From Mizuhopecten yessoensis (lineage: Eukaryota), in contig NW_018408761.1 in the NCBI RefSeq assembly GCF_002113885.1, positions 2,096,555 through 2,160,554 of the forward strand: a DNA stretch of 64,000 nt. Reading direction: 5' to 3'. The notes under the pieces were generated by a model. The model ran no database searches, was not told the DNA's origin, and was given only the letters and a program-made list of their open reading frames with translations. This document shows, in pieces, positions 11,335 to 22,965 of this stretch; the stretch's first letter is position 1; every line of letters begins with the position of its first letter. A program made the translations under genes and the position numbers.

Positions 11335-14022
11335 AAACAAACAACCAGTCAACTAGGAGAGTTATCTATACTGCAAACAAACAACCAGTCAACTAGGGAA
11401 GTTATCTATACTGCAAACAAACAACCTGTCTATTTAGGGAGTTATCTATACTGCAAACAAACAACCAGTCAATTTAGGGAGTTATCTATACTGCAATCAA
11501 ACAACCAGTCAATTCAGGGAATTATCTATACTGCAAACAAACAACCAGTCAACTCAGGGAATTATCGTTACTGCAAACAAACAACCAGTCAATTTAGGGA
11601 GTTATCTATACTGCAATCAAACAACCAGTCAATTCAGGGAATTATCTATACTGCAAACAAACAACCAGTCAATTCAGGGAATTATCTATACTGCAAATAA
11701 ACAACCAGTCAATTCAGGGAGTTATCTATATTGCAAACAAACAACCAGTCAATTCAGGGAGTGATTTATACTGCAAACAAACAACCAGTCAATTCAGGAA
11801 AATTATCTATACTGCAATCAAACAACCAGTCAACTAGTGGAGTTATCTATACTGCAAACAAACAATCAGTCAATTCAGGGAGTTATCTATACTGCAATCA
11901 AACAACCAGTCAAGTAGGGGAGTTATCTATACTGCACATAACCAACCAGTCAATTTAGGGAGTTACCTATACTGCAATTAAACAACCAGTCAATTCAGGG
12001 AAATTATCTATACTGCAATCAAACAACCAGTCAAGTAGGGGAGTTATCTATACTGCAATTAAACAACCAGTCAATTCAGGGAGTTATCTATACTGCAAAC
12101 AAACAATCAGTCAATTCAGGGAGTTATCTATACTGCAAACAAACAACCAGTCAACTAGGAGAGTTATCAATACTGCAAACAAACAACCAGTCAACTAGGG
12201 AAGTTATCTATACTGCAAACAAACAACCTGTCTATTTAGGGAGTTATCTACACCGCAATCAAACAACCAGTCAATTCAGGGATTTATCGTTACTGCAATC
12301 AAACAACCAGTCGATTCAGGGAGTTATCGTTACTGCAAACAAACAACCAGTCAACTAATGGAGTTATCTATACTGCAAACAAACAACCAGTCAATTTAGG
12401 GAGTTATCTATACTGCAATCAAACAACCGGTCAATTCAGGGAGTTATCTATACTGCAATCAAACAACCAGTCAACTAGGAAAGTTATCTATACTACAAAC
12501 AAACAACCAGTCAACTAGGGGAGTTATCTATACTGCAATCAAACAACCAGTCAATTCAGGGAATTATCTATACTGCAAACAAACAACCAGTCAATTCAGG
12601 GAATTATCGTTACTGCAAACAAACAACCAGTCAACTAGGGTAGTTATCTATACTGCAAACAAACAACCAGTCAATTCAGGGAGTTATCTATACTGCAAAC
12701 AAACAACCAGTCAATTCAGGGAGTTATCTATACTGCAAACAAACAACCAGTCAATTTAGGGAGTTATCTATACTGCAATCAAACAACCAGTCATCTAGGG
12801 GAGTTATCTATACTACAAACAAACAACCAGTCAACTAGGGGAGTTATCTATACTGCAATCAAACAACCAGTCAATTCAGGGAGTTATCGTTACTGCAATT
12901 AAACAACCAGTCAACTAGGGGAGTTATCTATACTGCAAACAAACAACCAGTCAATTTAGGGAGTTATCGCTACGGCAAACAAAAAAACAGTCCATTCAGG
13001 GAGTTATCTATACTGCAAACAAACAACCAGTCAATTTAGGGAGTTATCGTTACTGCAAACAAACAACCAGTCAACTAATGAAGTTATCTTTACTGCAAAC
13101 AAACAATCTGTCAATTCAGGGAGTTATCGTTACTGCAAACAAACAACCAGTTAACTAGGGGAGTTATCGTTACTGCAAACAAACAACCAGTCAATTCAGG
13201 GAGTTATCGTTACGGCAAACAAACAACCTGTCAATTCAGGGAGTTATCGTTACTGCAAACAAACAATCTGTCAATTCAGGGAGTTATCTATACTGCAAAC
13301 AAACAACCAGTCAATTTAGGAAGTTATCTATACTGCAATCAAACAACCATTCAACTAGGGGAGTTATATATATTAATCTATACTGCAATCAAACAACCAG
13401 TCAACTAGGGGAGTTATCTATACTGCAAACAAACAACCAGTCAATTCAGGGAGTTATCGTTACTGCAAACAAACAACCAGTCAACTAATGAAGTTATCGT
13501 TACTGCAAACAAACAATCTGTCAATTCAGGGAGTTATCTATATTGCAAACAAACAACCAGTCAATTTAGGAAGTTATCTATACTGCAATCAAACAACCAG
13601 TCAACTAGGGGAGTTATATATATAAATCTATACTGCAATCAAACAACCAGTCAAGTAGGGGAGTTATCTATACTGCAAACAAACAACCAGTCAATTTAGG
13701 AAGTTATCTATACTGCAATCAAACAACCCAGTCAATTCAGGGAATTATCTATACTGCAAACAAACAACCAATCAATTCAGGGAGTTATCTATACTGCAAA
13801 CAAACAACCAGTAAACTCGGAGAGTGATCTTTACTGCAAACAAACAACCAGTCAATTTAGAGAGTGATCTTTACTGCAATAAAACAACAACCCAGTCAAT
13901 TCAGGGAGTTATCTTTACTGCCAACAAACAATCAGTCAATTCAGGGTGTTATCTATACTGCAAACAAACAACCAGTCAATTCAGGGCGTTATCTTTCCTG
14001 CAAACAAACAACCAGTCAATTC
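11335..14022 (+). repeat. 40-bp minisatellite (AAACAACCAGTCAATTCAGGGAGTTATCTATACTGCAAAC), about 67 copies
   Basis: Directly visible head-to-tail 40-bp period with no unique spacers. Confidence 0.97.
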
Positions 14023-14038
14023 ATGATGGTCAAGTTAC

Positions 14039-14680
14039 CTGAAGAAAGCATCAATATACACAATTCCCTGGGAGAAGGCATGCTTTAGTGATTTCAGGTT
14101 CTCCAGTCGATGAGGACTAGGTTTCTGAAGGCCTGCTGTTGCATTTCTCACCTGGTCATATCAATAACAAAACATGTATTACAACACCATGAGGTACTAA
14201 GACAGTTTATTGAAAACAATACAGAATCTATATTTAATAAAAAGATCTGAGCCTTTCTCCCTGGGAAAGTTCGAGTTAACCAGTTGCCCCGGTACGTTTT
14301 ATCATAATACCTACATTTATAGTGTTAAGGAGTATAAACAATCTGGCACAGTACCCATCCATACTTATGATCTTTTTAATTTCTTACTTCATCTCTAAAT
14401 CTGTTTTCTTGATAAATGATAATATTTGAAATTTGAAAAAAAATCCATTAAGTCCTATAATTGTAACCATGCCATCTGCTCAAAATCTAAGGAGCAAAAT
14501 AAGACAAACTATTTCAGTTATATGATTTCAAGATATTTGCTGTATACACATGTACAGCTGACCATATGTACTCGGTGATACCAACCTCGTCTTGTGTGAC
14601 CTCGGCCCCAGCCTCCTCCTCTGTTATAAACCGGAACCTTTTTGCATTCAGAGCTTTATCCTTCTTTTCTTTCCTAAGTG
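14039..14680 (-). pseudogene. TMCO6: TMCO6-like gene fragment (two internal exons: 14680-14586 and 14151-14039)
   Basis: Spliced translation (A)LRKEKKDKALNAKRFRFITEEEAGAEVTQDE|VRNATAGLQKPSPHRLENLKSLKHAFSQGIVYIDAFFR resembles the IBB-like N-terminus of TMCO6 (ALRKARREQQLVSKRLLR...LVSLRRGL...QTFIR, recalled from memory). Exon phases are compatible. No first exon or later exons were found. Confidence 0.55.
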
Positions 14681-16018
14681 CTTACAGGTTCATGAATAAA
14701 AGAATATTTGGTTAAGAAGTCTGGCTTTCCTCAAGAAGATAGCAGAAGCAATAAAAGAAGTAAAAACTTTGAGAGAGAAAAAAAGAGAGTTGCTGTTTAG
14801 TTTTAATCTTTAAGGAATATTAAGTAAATCTTGACATTATCATGCAATTGTATTTATTAAAATATATCTATAATGCATGACTACGCTCTCAATGGCATTT
14901 TTGGCCAGATTGCAACGCAATCAGGGCTTATAGATTTGCTATTCCCGTCCGTCCGTCTGTCTGTCTGTGCTACGGTTAAGAAGAATGGTTAAGCTCAGTT
15001 TACAAGTTATTTATCATCCCACAACAACTAAACTTGCATGGCTTATATCTAAGGATGCTTATCACATGCGATGCTTCGGATGCTGCTTCTGACCTATATT
15101 TTCCGCTAGACTGACCAGGTTAAGAAGATTGGTTGAGGTCAGGCCCCATCTGCACTCTGGTTAAGAAGATTAGTTTAGGTCATTTACCAAGTAACTACTT
15201 GTCCTACATCAATGTAACTCGCATGGCTTATGTATCTTAGGATGCTTATCACATGCAATGCTTCGGTTATTGGTTCTGACCTACATTTTCCGCTTCAGTG
15301 ACCTGGTAAAGAAGATTGGTTAAAGGCCGGGGACGACCTACATAAAAAAAACCGGTTGATCAGCAATTAGCTGATTAGAGAGTGGGCGGGACTTAAATTG
15401 GCTATACACAGCTTCTTCAGCTGCTGCTTGTAAACACAACCACATGGTCACCACATGGTCAGTGTTTATACTATTTACTGTTTTTACATGCTCACTAGTG
15501 TATACATCTCAAGAAGATTTGTATATAAATCTATCGAACATTGACTTTTTTTTTTTTTATTGAATTTGAGAAATTCTACTGAAATTGATTAAATAAAACA
15601 AATAGAAATATTTCATATGGAAAAACTACAAAAAACATTGAATGTGGCAAATGTTCATCTCTTTTTCTTCATTCTATTATAATGTATTTATATGCAATAC
15701 ATTTACCATTATAATGTGAATGATAGATACAAAGGTAAGAGTATCTAAATTTACTATAATTTTAGATGAAAGTTTTGTGTTTTGATAGTTTCTTTGTTCA
15801 GTTCAAAATCCTTAATATGCTCTTTCCTGTACTACACGTTGTTTTGTTGAAATTGTTTCCTTACTATTTCGAACTCTTTACTGCAATGTTGCATACAAAT
15901 ATATACAAAATACTGCATCACTTACTGATTGTGTGAACAACTCTTTTTACTCACAGTTTAGTGTTCCTGACTGTTTTTAAATCACAATTTCGAACAATTT
16001 TCTGTATTAAAAACAGTT

Positions 16019-17587
16019 TCATTTTGTCTGTGTTAATATCAGTAAATGATAAACCACTGACAGATATTGTTGATAAATCTTTTCCAAATAGTAATGATAG
16101 GTTGGTGCTTTATAATTTTTCTTTCCTTTTCTCCTACGAGGTGCACCCGCCCTACGGGGGTTCCAAACTGAGGTGAAGGGTCTGTCAACACTCTCATTCC
16201 AGTGACAGACTGCAAGTTGAGATTTTGCCAGGTATTGACTGTCATTGAAACTGATTCGTTTGTCCTGAAAAATGTTCAAGGTGTTGTTGAAACTTTCCAC
16301 GTAATATGTATTTCTGGCAAGTACGCAATTTTCGGGGTGCTTGTACACAGCAGAATTTGTAATAACTATGAGAAGCATTTTTTCTGCCATTTCACTCCTC
16401 GGGAGAGTCACGGATGGTTCATACTTTTGCTCCTTTTGACATCGAGCTGTAGGATGACGGGTATCGTGTACATTTTGATAATGTTGTGTAGCCTTCACCA
16501 AAGCTTTCTGCAGTTTTGATTGGTCGTTTTCACAGTTTTTCATGGCCCAATGGAAATGAGTATACAGTGGTTACACTTTGTCCACTAGTTCTTCGGCCCA
16601 TGTTTTTCCTCTCAGGTATGCCGGCCCCTTATAAATGATTTGCAACGCCTTTTGCACAGATTTGACTGCATGCCATTCATCATTCTGATTGACCGTAAGT
16701 GGCTGATTATCTTTCACAAATTTGTTGATTGACAAATTCATATTGAGTTTTTCAGTGCCGAACCGCTCATGTCTTTGTGACACAATGTCGTCAGACTTAG
16801 TCACATGGATATACTCCAGTACTTTGTGTGTTTGTTCTCCAATAGCCACAACGCTGGAATCTTTTGCATTTTTTCTCCAGCCATGTCTGGCATCCGTCAT
16901 GATATCGATACCATGAAGGTTGTCGTACATACCAATTTCTTCATGAAGTGCAGACTCCATGCTGTCCCTGTATTCTGATTCTATGTGATCCTTATATAAC
17001 CGAAACATGTAATTTCTCTTCTCTTTATTGATGTGTCCAATATTTGAAGCTTTACAAAACCTTGTATATTGGACAGGAAGCATTCCACTACACACAAATC
17101 CATGCATCACTCTATGGTTGACAAGATATTCGTTGTTTAGCAGGTATGGAGATGATGACCAAAGTATGGTGTGATGTTTTTCTTTTTGACAATTGAGTCG
17201 CACTACAGCAATATGTCCTTTACTAATCAAAGTGTTCTTGCTGAGGTTGCCATCACAGAGTCGAGCATGGTTTTCAGTGGCCTCCACAAACTTTGATAAT
17301 GATGATTCTGCTGTCATAAACACATTTTGATCAACATTCTTTTTAGGCACTCGTAGAAAGGTAGCCATGTTTGTATTTCTAGGTACGGTATCCAAATGGC
17401 ACTTGTGCTGCTCAATAAAGGTGTCCAACACATGGTCCAAAAGGTCACCATTGTTCACTGAAAGATTCAGCTGTCTGTACAGCACCTGCTTCACTTCGTG
17501 TATTTTTGACAATATACTTGCTTTTTTGCTGGTGTCACCAGGAATTTCAATTTTAAAACTTGAAGCACGTTTTCTTTCAGCTGCCAT
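16019..17587 (-). pseudogene. Kolobok DDE transposase, inactivated
   Basis: ORFs 17587-16571 and 16543-16019 are in the same frame, separated by one TAA (DKV*PLYTHFHWAMKNC). Motifs: IMTDARHG, QNDEWH, H...C, NTYYVESFNN. The segment expected to carry the second catalytic Asp appears deleted (GTEKL/NMNLSINKF). Confidence 0.8.
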
Positions 17588-17735
17588 TCTTTCTTGAAGT
17601 TTCTATTGTTGTAATGTGGGGGGAGGGGGGGGGGATACTATTTTTCCACTTATTTTCACACTATGGATGGGATTTAGAAGAGACGGTTTATACAGGGTTT
17701 GATACTGACGAATTTAAGAATCGATGTAAAGCAAC

Positions 17736-18170
17736 ATGACCAACTTTGATGAAAATCCAGAGGAATGTGAAGCAAGCAGCAGCCTATCTGAAATAGGAGA
17801 GTATGAGGAATTTATTGTTGAAAAAGATCCATTGTCAACTGAGTGTCATCATTGTTTTAGTCAGCCTTGCGTTACAGGTGAAACTTACAGGCAATTGTGG
17901 TGGGAAACAGAAAACAAACAACAACATGCACGAAACCATCATTGCAGGAAAGAAGTTTATAAGAAGTTTTGGGTAATGTTATCACACAGACAGGTTTGGA
18001 AATATGCTCGCTATTTACAAAGGAAAAAGCAAGCACTAGAGAAATATAGCCATACACGAAAACTGGTGTGGCATAAACGCGACATTATGCCAAACTGTGT
18101 AATACAGTTAGTGAGGAGGTGGTATCCTAATCCAGATGGTGTCCCATACATGGGTCATTTATGGAACTAA
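17736..18170 (+). CDS. KolX accessory protein of Kolobok (related to the P2X7 cytoplasmic ballast domain), 144 aa
   Basis: Intact ORF divergent from the transposase and inside the TIRs. Motifs C..C...PC, R...Y..F and RDIMPNCVIQLVRRWYPNPDGVPYMG. Confidence 0.78.
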   Translation: MTNFDENPEECEASSSLSEIGEYEEFIVEKDPLSTECHHCFSQPCVTGETYRQLWWETENKQQHARNHHCRKEVYKKFWVMLSHRQVWKYARYLQRKKQALEKYSHTRKLVWHKRDIMPNCVIQLVRRWYPNPDGVPYMGHLWN

Positions 18171-19858
18171 ACCTGACAAAGAAGGAGGATTCTGTGTGAT
18201 ATCAGCAGGAGTATAGAATGCCTGTGATCTATCTTGTATATTATGATTTACAAATCCTGGTGGTATTGGATATATGGGTCATATCTTTGAAAAAATGACT
18301 ATGTTTGTTTTTCGGCAGTGTGGTTCTGTCTTGTTATCAGTTTATGACTGTGATAATTGGATTAACATTCATATGTATGTGCCTACGCGATATGGTTTCT
18401 GGTCATTGCCGCCAAAATGTTGGTAAGGTAAGGACTTTTGTTTACTCAGCATGCGTAGCTAGGGCCATGGCAACAACACAGTTGTAAACTTTCGGCAACA
18501 ACTTCCGGTGGGTCAAATTCAAATTTCAAATTTAATTGACAGCCTCCAAAATTACTACAAAAATATTTATATTATGAATATTACCTAATTATTTTTTTGC
18601 AAAGAAAATGATAACCATAGTTAGATTCTTCACAAAAAAACTCTGTAGCCATGACAAAATCTGTATCAAATATTGTTTTGAAAAACCTGAATTTGAAGAA
18701 AATCATTCTCTGAAGTGAAGGCAGCCAAAGTTTTACAAATTCATCCATCGAAGTTGTCTCCCTTTAATACCCCATCCCTGGCCTTTAAGGTCAGTTACTA
18801 AGTCACTATTTCTTGTACATCAACTAAACTTGCATGGCTTATGTATCTAAGGATGCTAATCATATGCAATGCTTTGGATACTGGTTCTGACCTACATTTT
18901 CCGCTTGACTGACCAGGTTAAGAAGATTGGTTGAGGTCAGGCCCCATCTGCACTATGGTTAAGAAGATTGGTTTAGGTCATTTACCAAGTAACTACTTGT
19001 CCAACATCAATAAAACTTGCATGGCTTATGTATCTAAGGATTCTTATCACATGTGATGCTTTACATGAAAATGTACTGTAGCAATTTAATTGGCCATATC
19101 ACCATTGGCGGTTTCTTGTTGATCTGTTCTTTCAGGTGAAACCATCAGATCTTAACAAACAGGAATAGTTTAGCAAATTCAATGGTTGAAAATGCATTAA
19201 GGGGTCCAAAATCGGGAGTATGCCTCCTTAAATATAAGGAGAGTTGGCAAGTATGGAAAGATAAATCGAGCAAAGCAGTTTCAGTCACATTCCACGCACT
19301 TTTTCCCTCATTGGAAATGTGGAATGGGGGAGATCTCCCTTATTGGAGGTTTCAGAGGTTGACACCCATGCATTGGAAGCATTATACTTTACGTCTGAAC
19401 ACGAGTTAGAAGTGCTATACAAAATGTGTTTTAAAGATGGTAAATTGATTTTTTTTCTGAATCATTCCGTCCAAAGTCTTTTGCAGTAATAATTAATTTG
19501 ATATTTTTGGATCAAACAGCAGGTTTTTATGCTTTGTTTGGTAATTTATGCAAATAAATTAAAAACTCATGTCATATAGCATTGGCACCTTATGCAAATC
19601 CAATTAGATGACCAGGGTGCTGATTTGGTAGACTGTCTTTTTAAAGTTTGAAAAAATGCTGATACCAATGATGATTGGTATCTTTCACTATAGGTATTGC
19701 TTTTATCATATTATTGATAAAAGACTAGTTCTCACAGCTAAAACTATTACAAAGAACATTTAACAGTGGCAATGTTATTGCCAAAAAATCTTATCAAAGA
19801 TTGCGTTCAAAATCTAAATGTAAATTAACTTGCTTTCTAACATTTGTTTTGTTTTCAG

Positions 19859-20991
19859 TCTAGAAAGAAAGGTTTGAGTGTTGAAGAAAAAAGGTCACGC
19901 ATGATGGATTTTTTCTATGAAAAGTTAATAAAACAACCAGTACATGTATGTACATCAAGCAAACCTTGACTTGGTACGACTCATCATTACACACCATATC
20001 CTGTCGCTTCTGCGATCAACCAAGGCCAAGGTTTTCCCTTTTAAATTTCATTTAGACTGTTGATCTGCTACAAATATGCATGCTGTTGAAGGTATTTCTT
20101 TGGATAGAGAACACTTTTGAATTGGTAGTTGTCTTGGCTTAAGTATAAGTCTAGGGATAGTTTTTTTCTCCTGAAAGATAACTTGGTAAATTAGTACATA
20201 GTGACTATATACTTTTGATTATTACCTAGAAGATGAACGTGAACATTACTCGACACTTAATGGATGTTGGTTCTTTACCCCTGCAATTTGGTTATTACGT
20301 CATGTTCTTTAAAATTGCCCCCAAAGTTGAAAATCTTAATGTATTTTAGGATTTGAGTTGACTTACATATCGGATTAATTGGTCATAATTAATAAGCTTA
20401 CTATCAGGGATAACCCAACCCCTTTATTTTTTTGGCATTTTTCCAGAATAAATGAACCCTTAAGTATGAAAGGAATATTTTTTTTGAGAACTTGTCTTTA
20501 TATACACGTGTATAGTCAATCATTTAAGTAAAAGTTTCAAGCTAATGGTGATGTTAACATTTATTGTATCAGCATATCTTTGAGTGTGTTTTTGTGTTTT
20601 CAAACTGTATACATGTGAATTATTAATTAGATGATCCTAGTATAGACGTTTCCATAATGCAAAATCTATGAATGTGACTGAAAACACATGCAACAGAATT
20701 TCTTTAGATCCAAATTATTTCTTTTTTATAACAAAGTAAACCAATGAATCAGCTAATTAATTGCAGTGCTAGCAAGTGCTGTTACAATAATTCAGGTTTC
20801 ATGATATTTTTTTCCAGAAAGACTTCTTCACTTTGAAGGAGCTAGAGAGGATGTTTCAGAAAGAGAAGGGGATCACCTCCATGTCTGTGAAGGACATTCT
20901 CACCAGTCTCGTTTATGATGCCATGGTCGACACAGACAAGATCGGGACCTCAGTCTACTTCTGGGCATTCCCCAGCAAGGCCAGTCAAAAT
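19859..20991 (+). pseudogene. MND1: MND1 (meiotic nuclear division 1) fragment: exons 19859-19924 and 20818-20991
   Basis: [22 protein letters not shown]|[58 protein letters not shown] closely matches the MND1 N-terminus. The in-frame donor at 19925 reads TT instead of GT, and no downstream MND1 exons were found. Confidence 0.82.
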
Positions 20992-21027
20992 GTGAGTAAA
21001 CCTTCCAATAAGAGTTCCTCGATCCAT

Positions 21028-21717
21028 TAGTGTCTCCACTTAATGTTGGGGATTTATCAAGGTATTTAAGGAAGTTGAGAAAACCATCTTTTCAGGGCAA
21101 TCCTAGGAAGGGAATTCTAAAATGTTTATTGATTAGGAAAGAGAAAATGATACATTATCTACCAGTAACCTGTTTGACACAGTGTGTATCATAGATTATC
21201 TCATGATCCAGATGGGCGAAATTTCTAAAATTTCACATAGTGATACACTGTGATGTGCAGATGTGCAATAGGGGTTTAAATAGTTCCTAAGGTCAAGATC
21301 ACTGTTTCTAAAAATAGAATTGGGAATAAACTGTCAAAAATACATCATATAAGGCCCTAACAGAAGGCCAAACTTTCTGAAATTTCTTATGATGATACAC
21401 TGTAAGTATATGCAGATGCGTAATAGCGGTTTAAAAAGTTCCTAAGGTCAAGTTCGCTGTTACTAAAAATAGAATACATCATAGAAGGCCAAATTTTCTA
21501 AAATGTCACAAGATGGTTAATGTGCAATAGGGCTTTAAAAAGTGTCGAAGGTCAACACTGCAATTACTTTAAAATAGAACAGGACATATACATGTACTAT
21601 CAAAAAAATATTTTAAATGGTCCTTCCTGAACAGTCAATTTTGTTTGGTGCTTATACGGGAGATGCACTGTCAGGCATACAGCGGGGCCCTTGCTAACCT
21701 GTCAGTATTCTAGTTCA
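21028..21717 (+). mobile_element. HINE/Helentron-like non-autonomous element with internal degenerate repeats
   Basis: GTGTCTCC near the start with GGAGATGCAC near the end, internal repeated TTCCTAAGGTCAAG...CTAAAAATAGAA units, and terminal TTCTAGTT. Confidence 0.4.
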
Positions 21718-22965
21718 AATAAATCACATTAAACCACCAAGAAAGTTGCACCGTTCAATTTTGACGTTTTCAAACAAATTCTTCTGTGGAATAGAGTACC
21801 AGTCGTGTTATTTCGTCCATATAGATTGTTAGGATACATGGCTATCTCAAGTTGTTCAAATAAATAACAAAAATTACCATCACGCTGTGCCTTTTATGAG
21901 GTTTATTCATTTTGGCATAACATTCAGTATATTTTTGCCACCACCACTGAAAAATTAGGAGATCAATAAAGACCCTTAGTGCTTCTTGTTCAGAGATCAT
22001 ATATACATGTAATTGCTTTCTGTCTTTGACATAATTAATATTTTACAAAAACAGAGGCCAATTAAAAATTCCTCCGATATGTGGTCCCACTCAAAAGATT
22101 TCTCAGCTACCAAATACATTGTACTCAGTACCTTGGTTTTTGGCTTTCTAAGCATAAGTTCACAATAAGAATTGAGTAAAATTGAGGACAATTCCATCGG
22201 CCAAATCATGCTATGCGCCAAGCAAAATTCATGAAATTGTCATATAAACAATAACTGTTGGCAGAAATCCCTTACTTCAGTCTGGTCTGCTTCATACATG
22301 CATTAATAGATTAAAAATAGTGTTAATGTAAAATAAAAACAACAAGCTAACCAAACACTATATGTGTAGGTTCAGAATTCCTGGTAAAAGTCTTTTTCTT
22401 GTACAACAGTTGTCTATTGATTAACAAAAGCTGTTGATGAACGCAGGTATCCGATATCTTTCTCGCAGGTTTGCTTTTCTGAGAAAAAATATTGGGGAAA
22501 AGTACATATTTTCCTTTTTTTTCAAATAGCCAGTCAAAATGCATTTAAAATGTTTCTGAGCTAATAATGGCCGTTGGAATGAGAAAAATATGCTTTCATG
22601 TCCAGGAGTGAAAGAAATTAAAACAACATTTTGGGAATTCCAAATCAGGCCAGAATCCTCCACATGCCTTAAGTTGGGTAGAAATTTCCCTATTCTGCAA
22701 AAAGTCTTCCTTTCCTCCATGACTTTATTTAGACGCTTGTCATTCATTAAATATGTGTACTAGGATGCTGGTATTTTGCATAGAGGTTCCTGTGGAGTTA
22801 CATATTGATGAAGTGAAGTTAAAATCAAAATATGATTTCTGGTTTTTTTTTAGACTTTTAACCTGTTTTGAACTCTACATTTTTACAAACAAATTTTTGA
22901 AAGTTTGAGCAGGCGAGCATTTGGTGGTTAATTAACATCATGAAGATTAGATAAATAATAGGATT

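Larger units (their letters stand above)
15324..18784. mobile_element. Kolobok DNA transposon, near full length (3461 bp), decayed
   Basis: TTAA target duplication (15320-15323 and 18785-18788) and AGG termini with imperfect 12-bp TIRs (AGGCCGGGGACG / AGGCCAGGGATG). Carries a head-to-head transposase and KolX ORF. Removing it restores the host repeat unit GAAGATTGGTTAAGGTCA. Confidence 0.88.
14908..19120 (+). mobile_element. Pearl/HINE-like non-autonomous element with internal tandem repeats, split by the Kolobok insertion (parts 14908-15319 and 18789-19120)
   Basis: TTTTTGGCCAGATTGC start, (CCGT)/(CTGT) microsatellite at ~14945-14968 and repeated GGTTAAGAAGATTGGTT...CTTGCATGGCTTAT units continuing on both sides of the insertion. 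Ends ...TTGGCCA + stem-loop + TTCTTGTT. Confidence 0.6.

Noticed and set aside
11335-14022. CRISPR-like array or repetitive protein ORFs (11326-11700 etc.)
   Set aside because: Contiguous 40-bp units without unique spacers, no cas genes, eukaryotic context; the ORFs are translation artefacts of the repeat.
15324-18784. piggyBac (TTAA target) or KolobokP with long direct repeats
   Set aside because: Termini are AGG rather than CCY, the proteins are Kolobok-type, and no long terminal direct repeats are visible.
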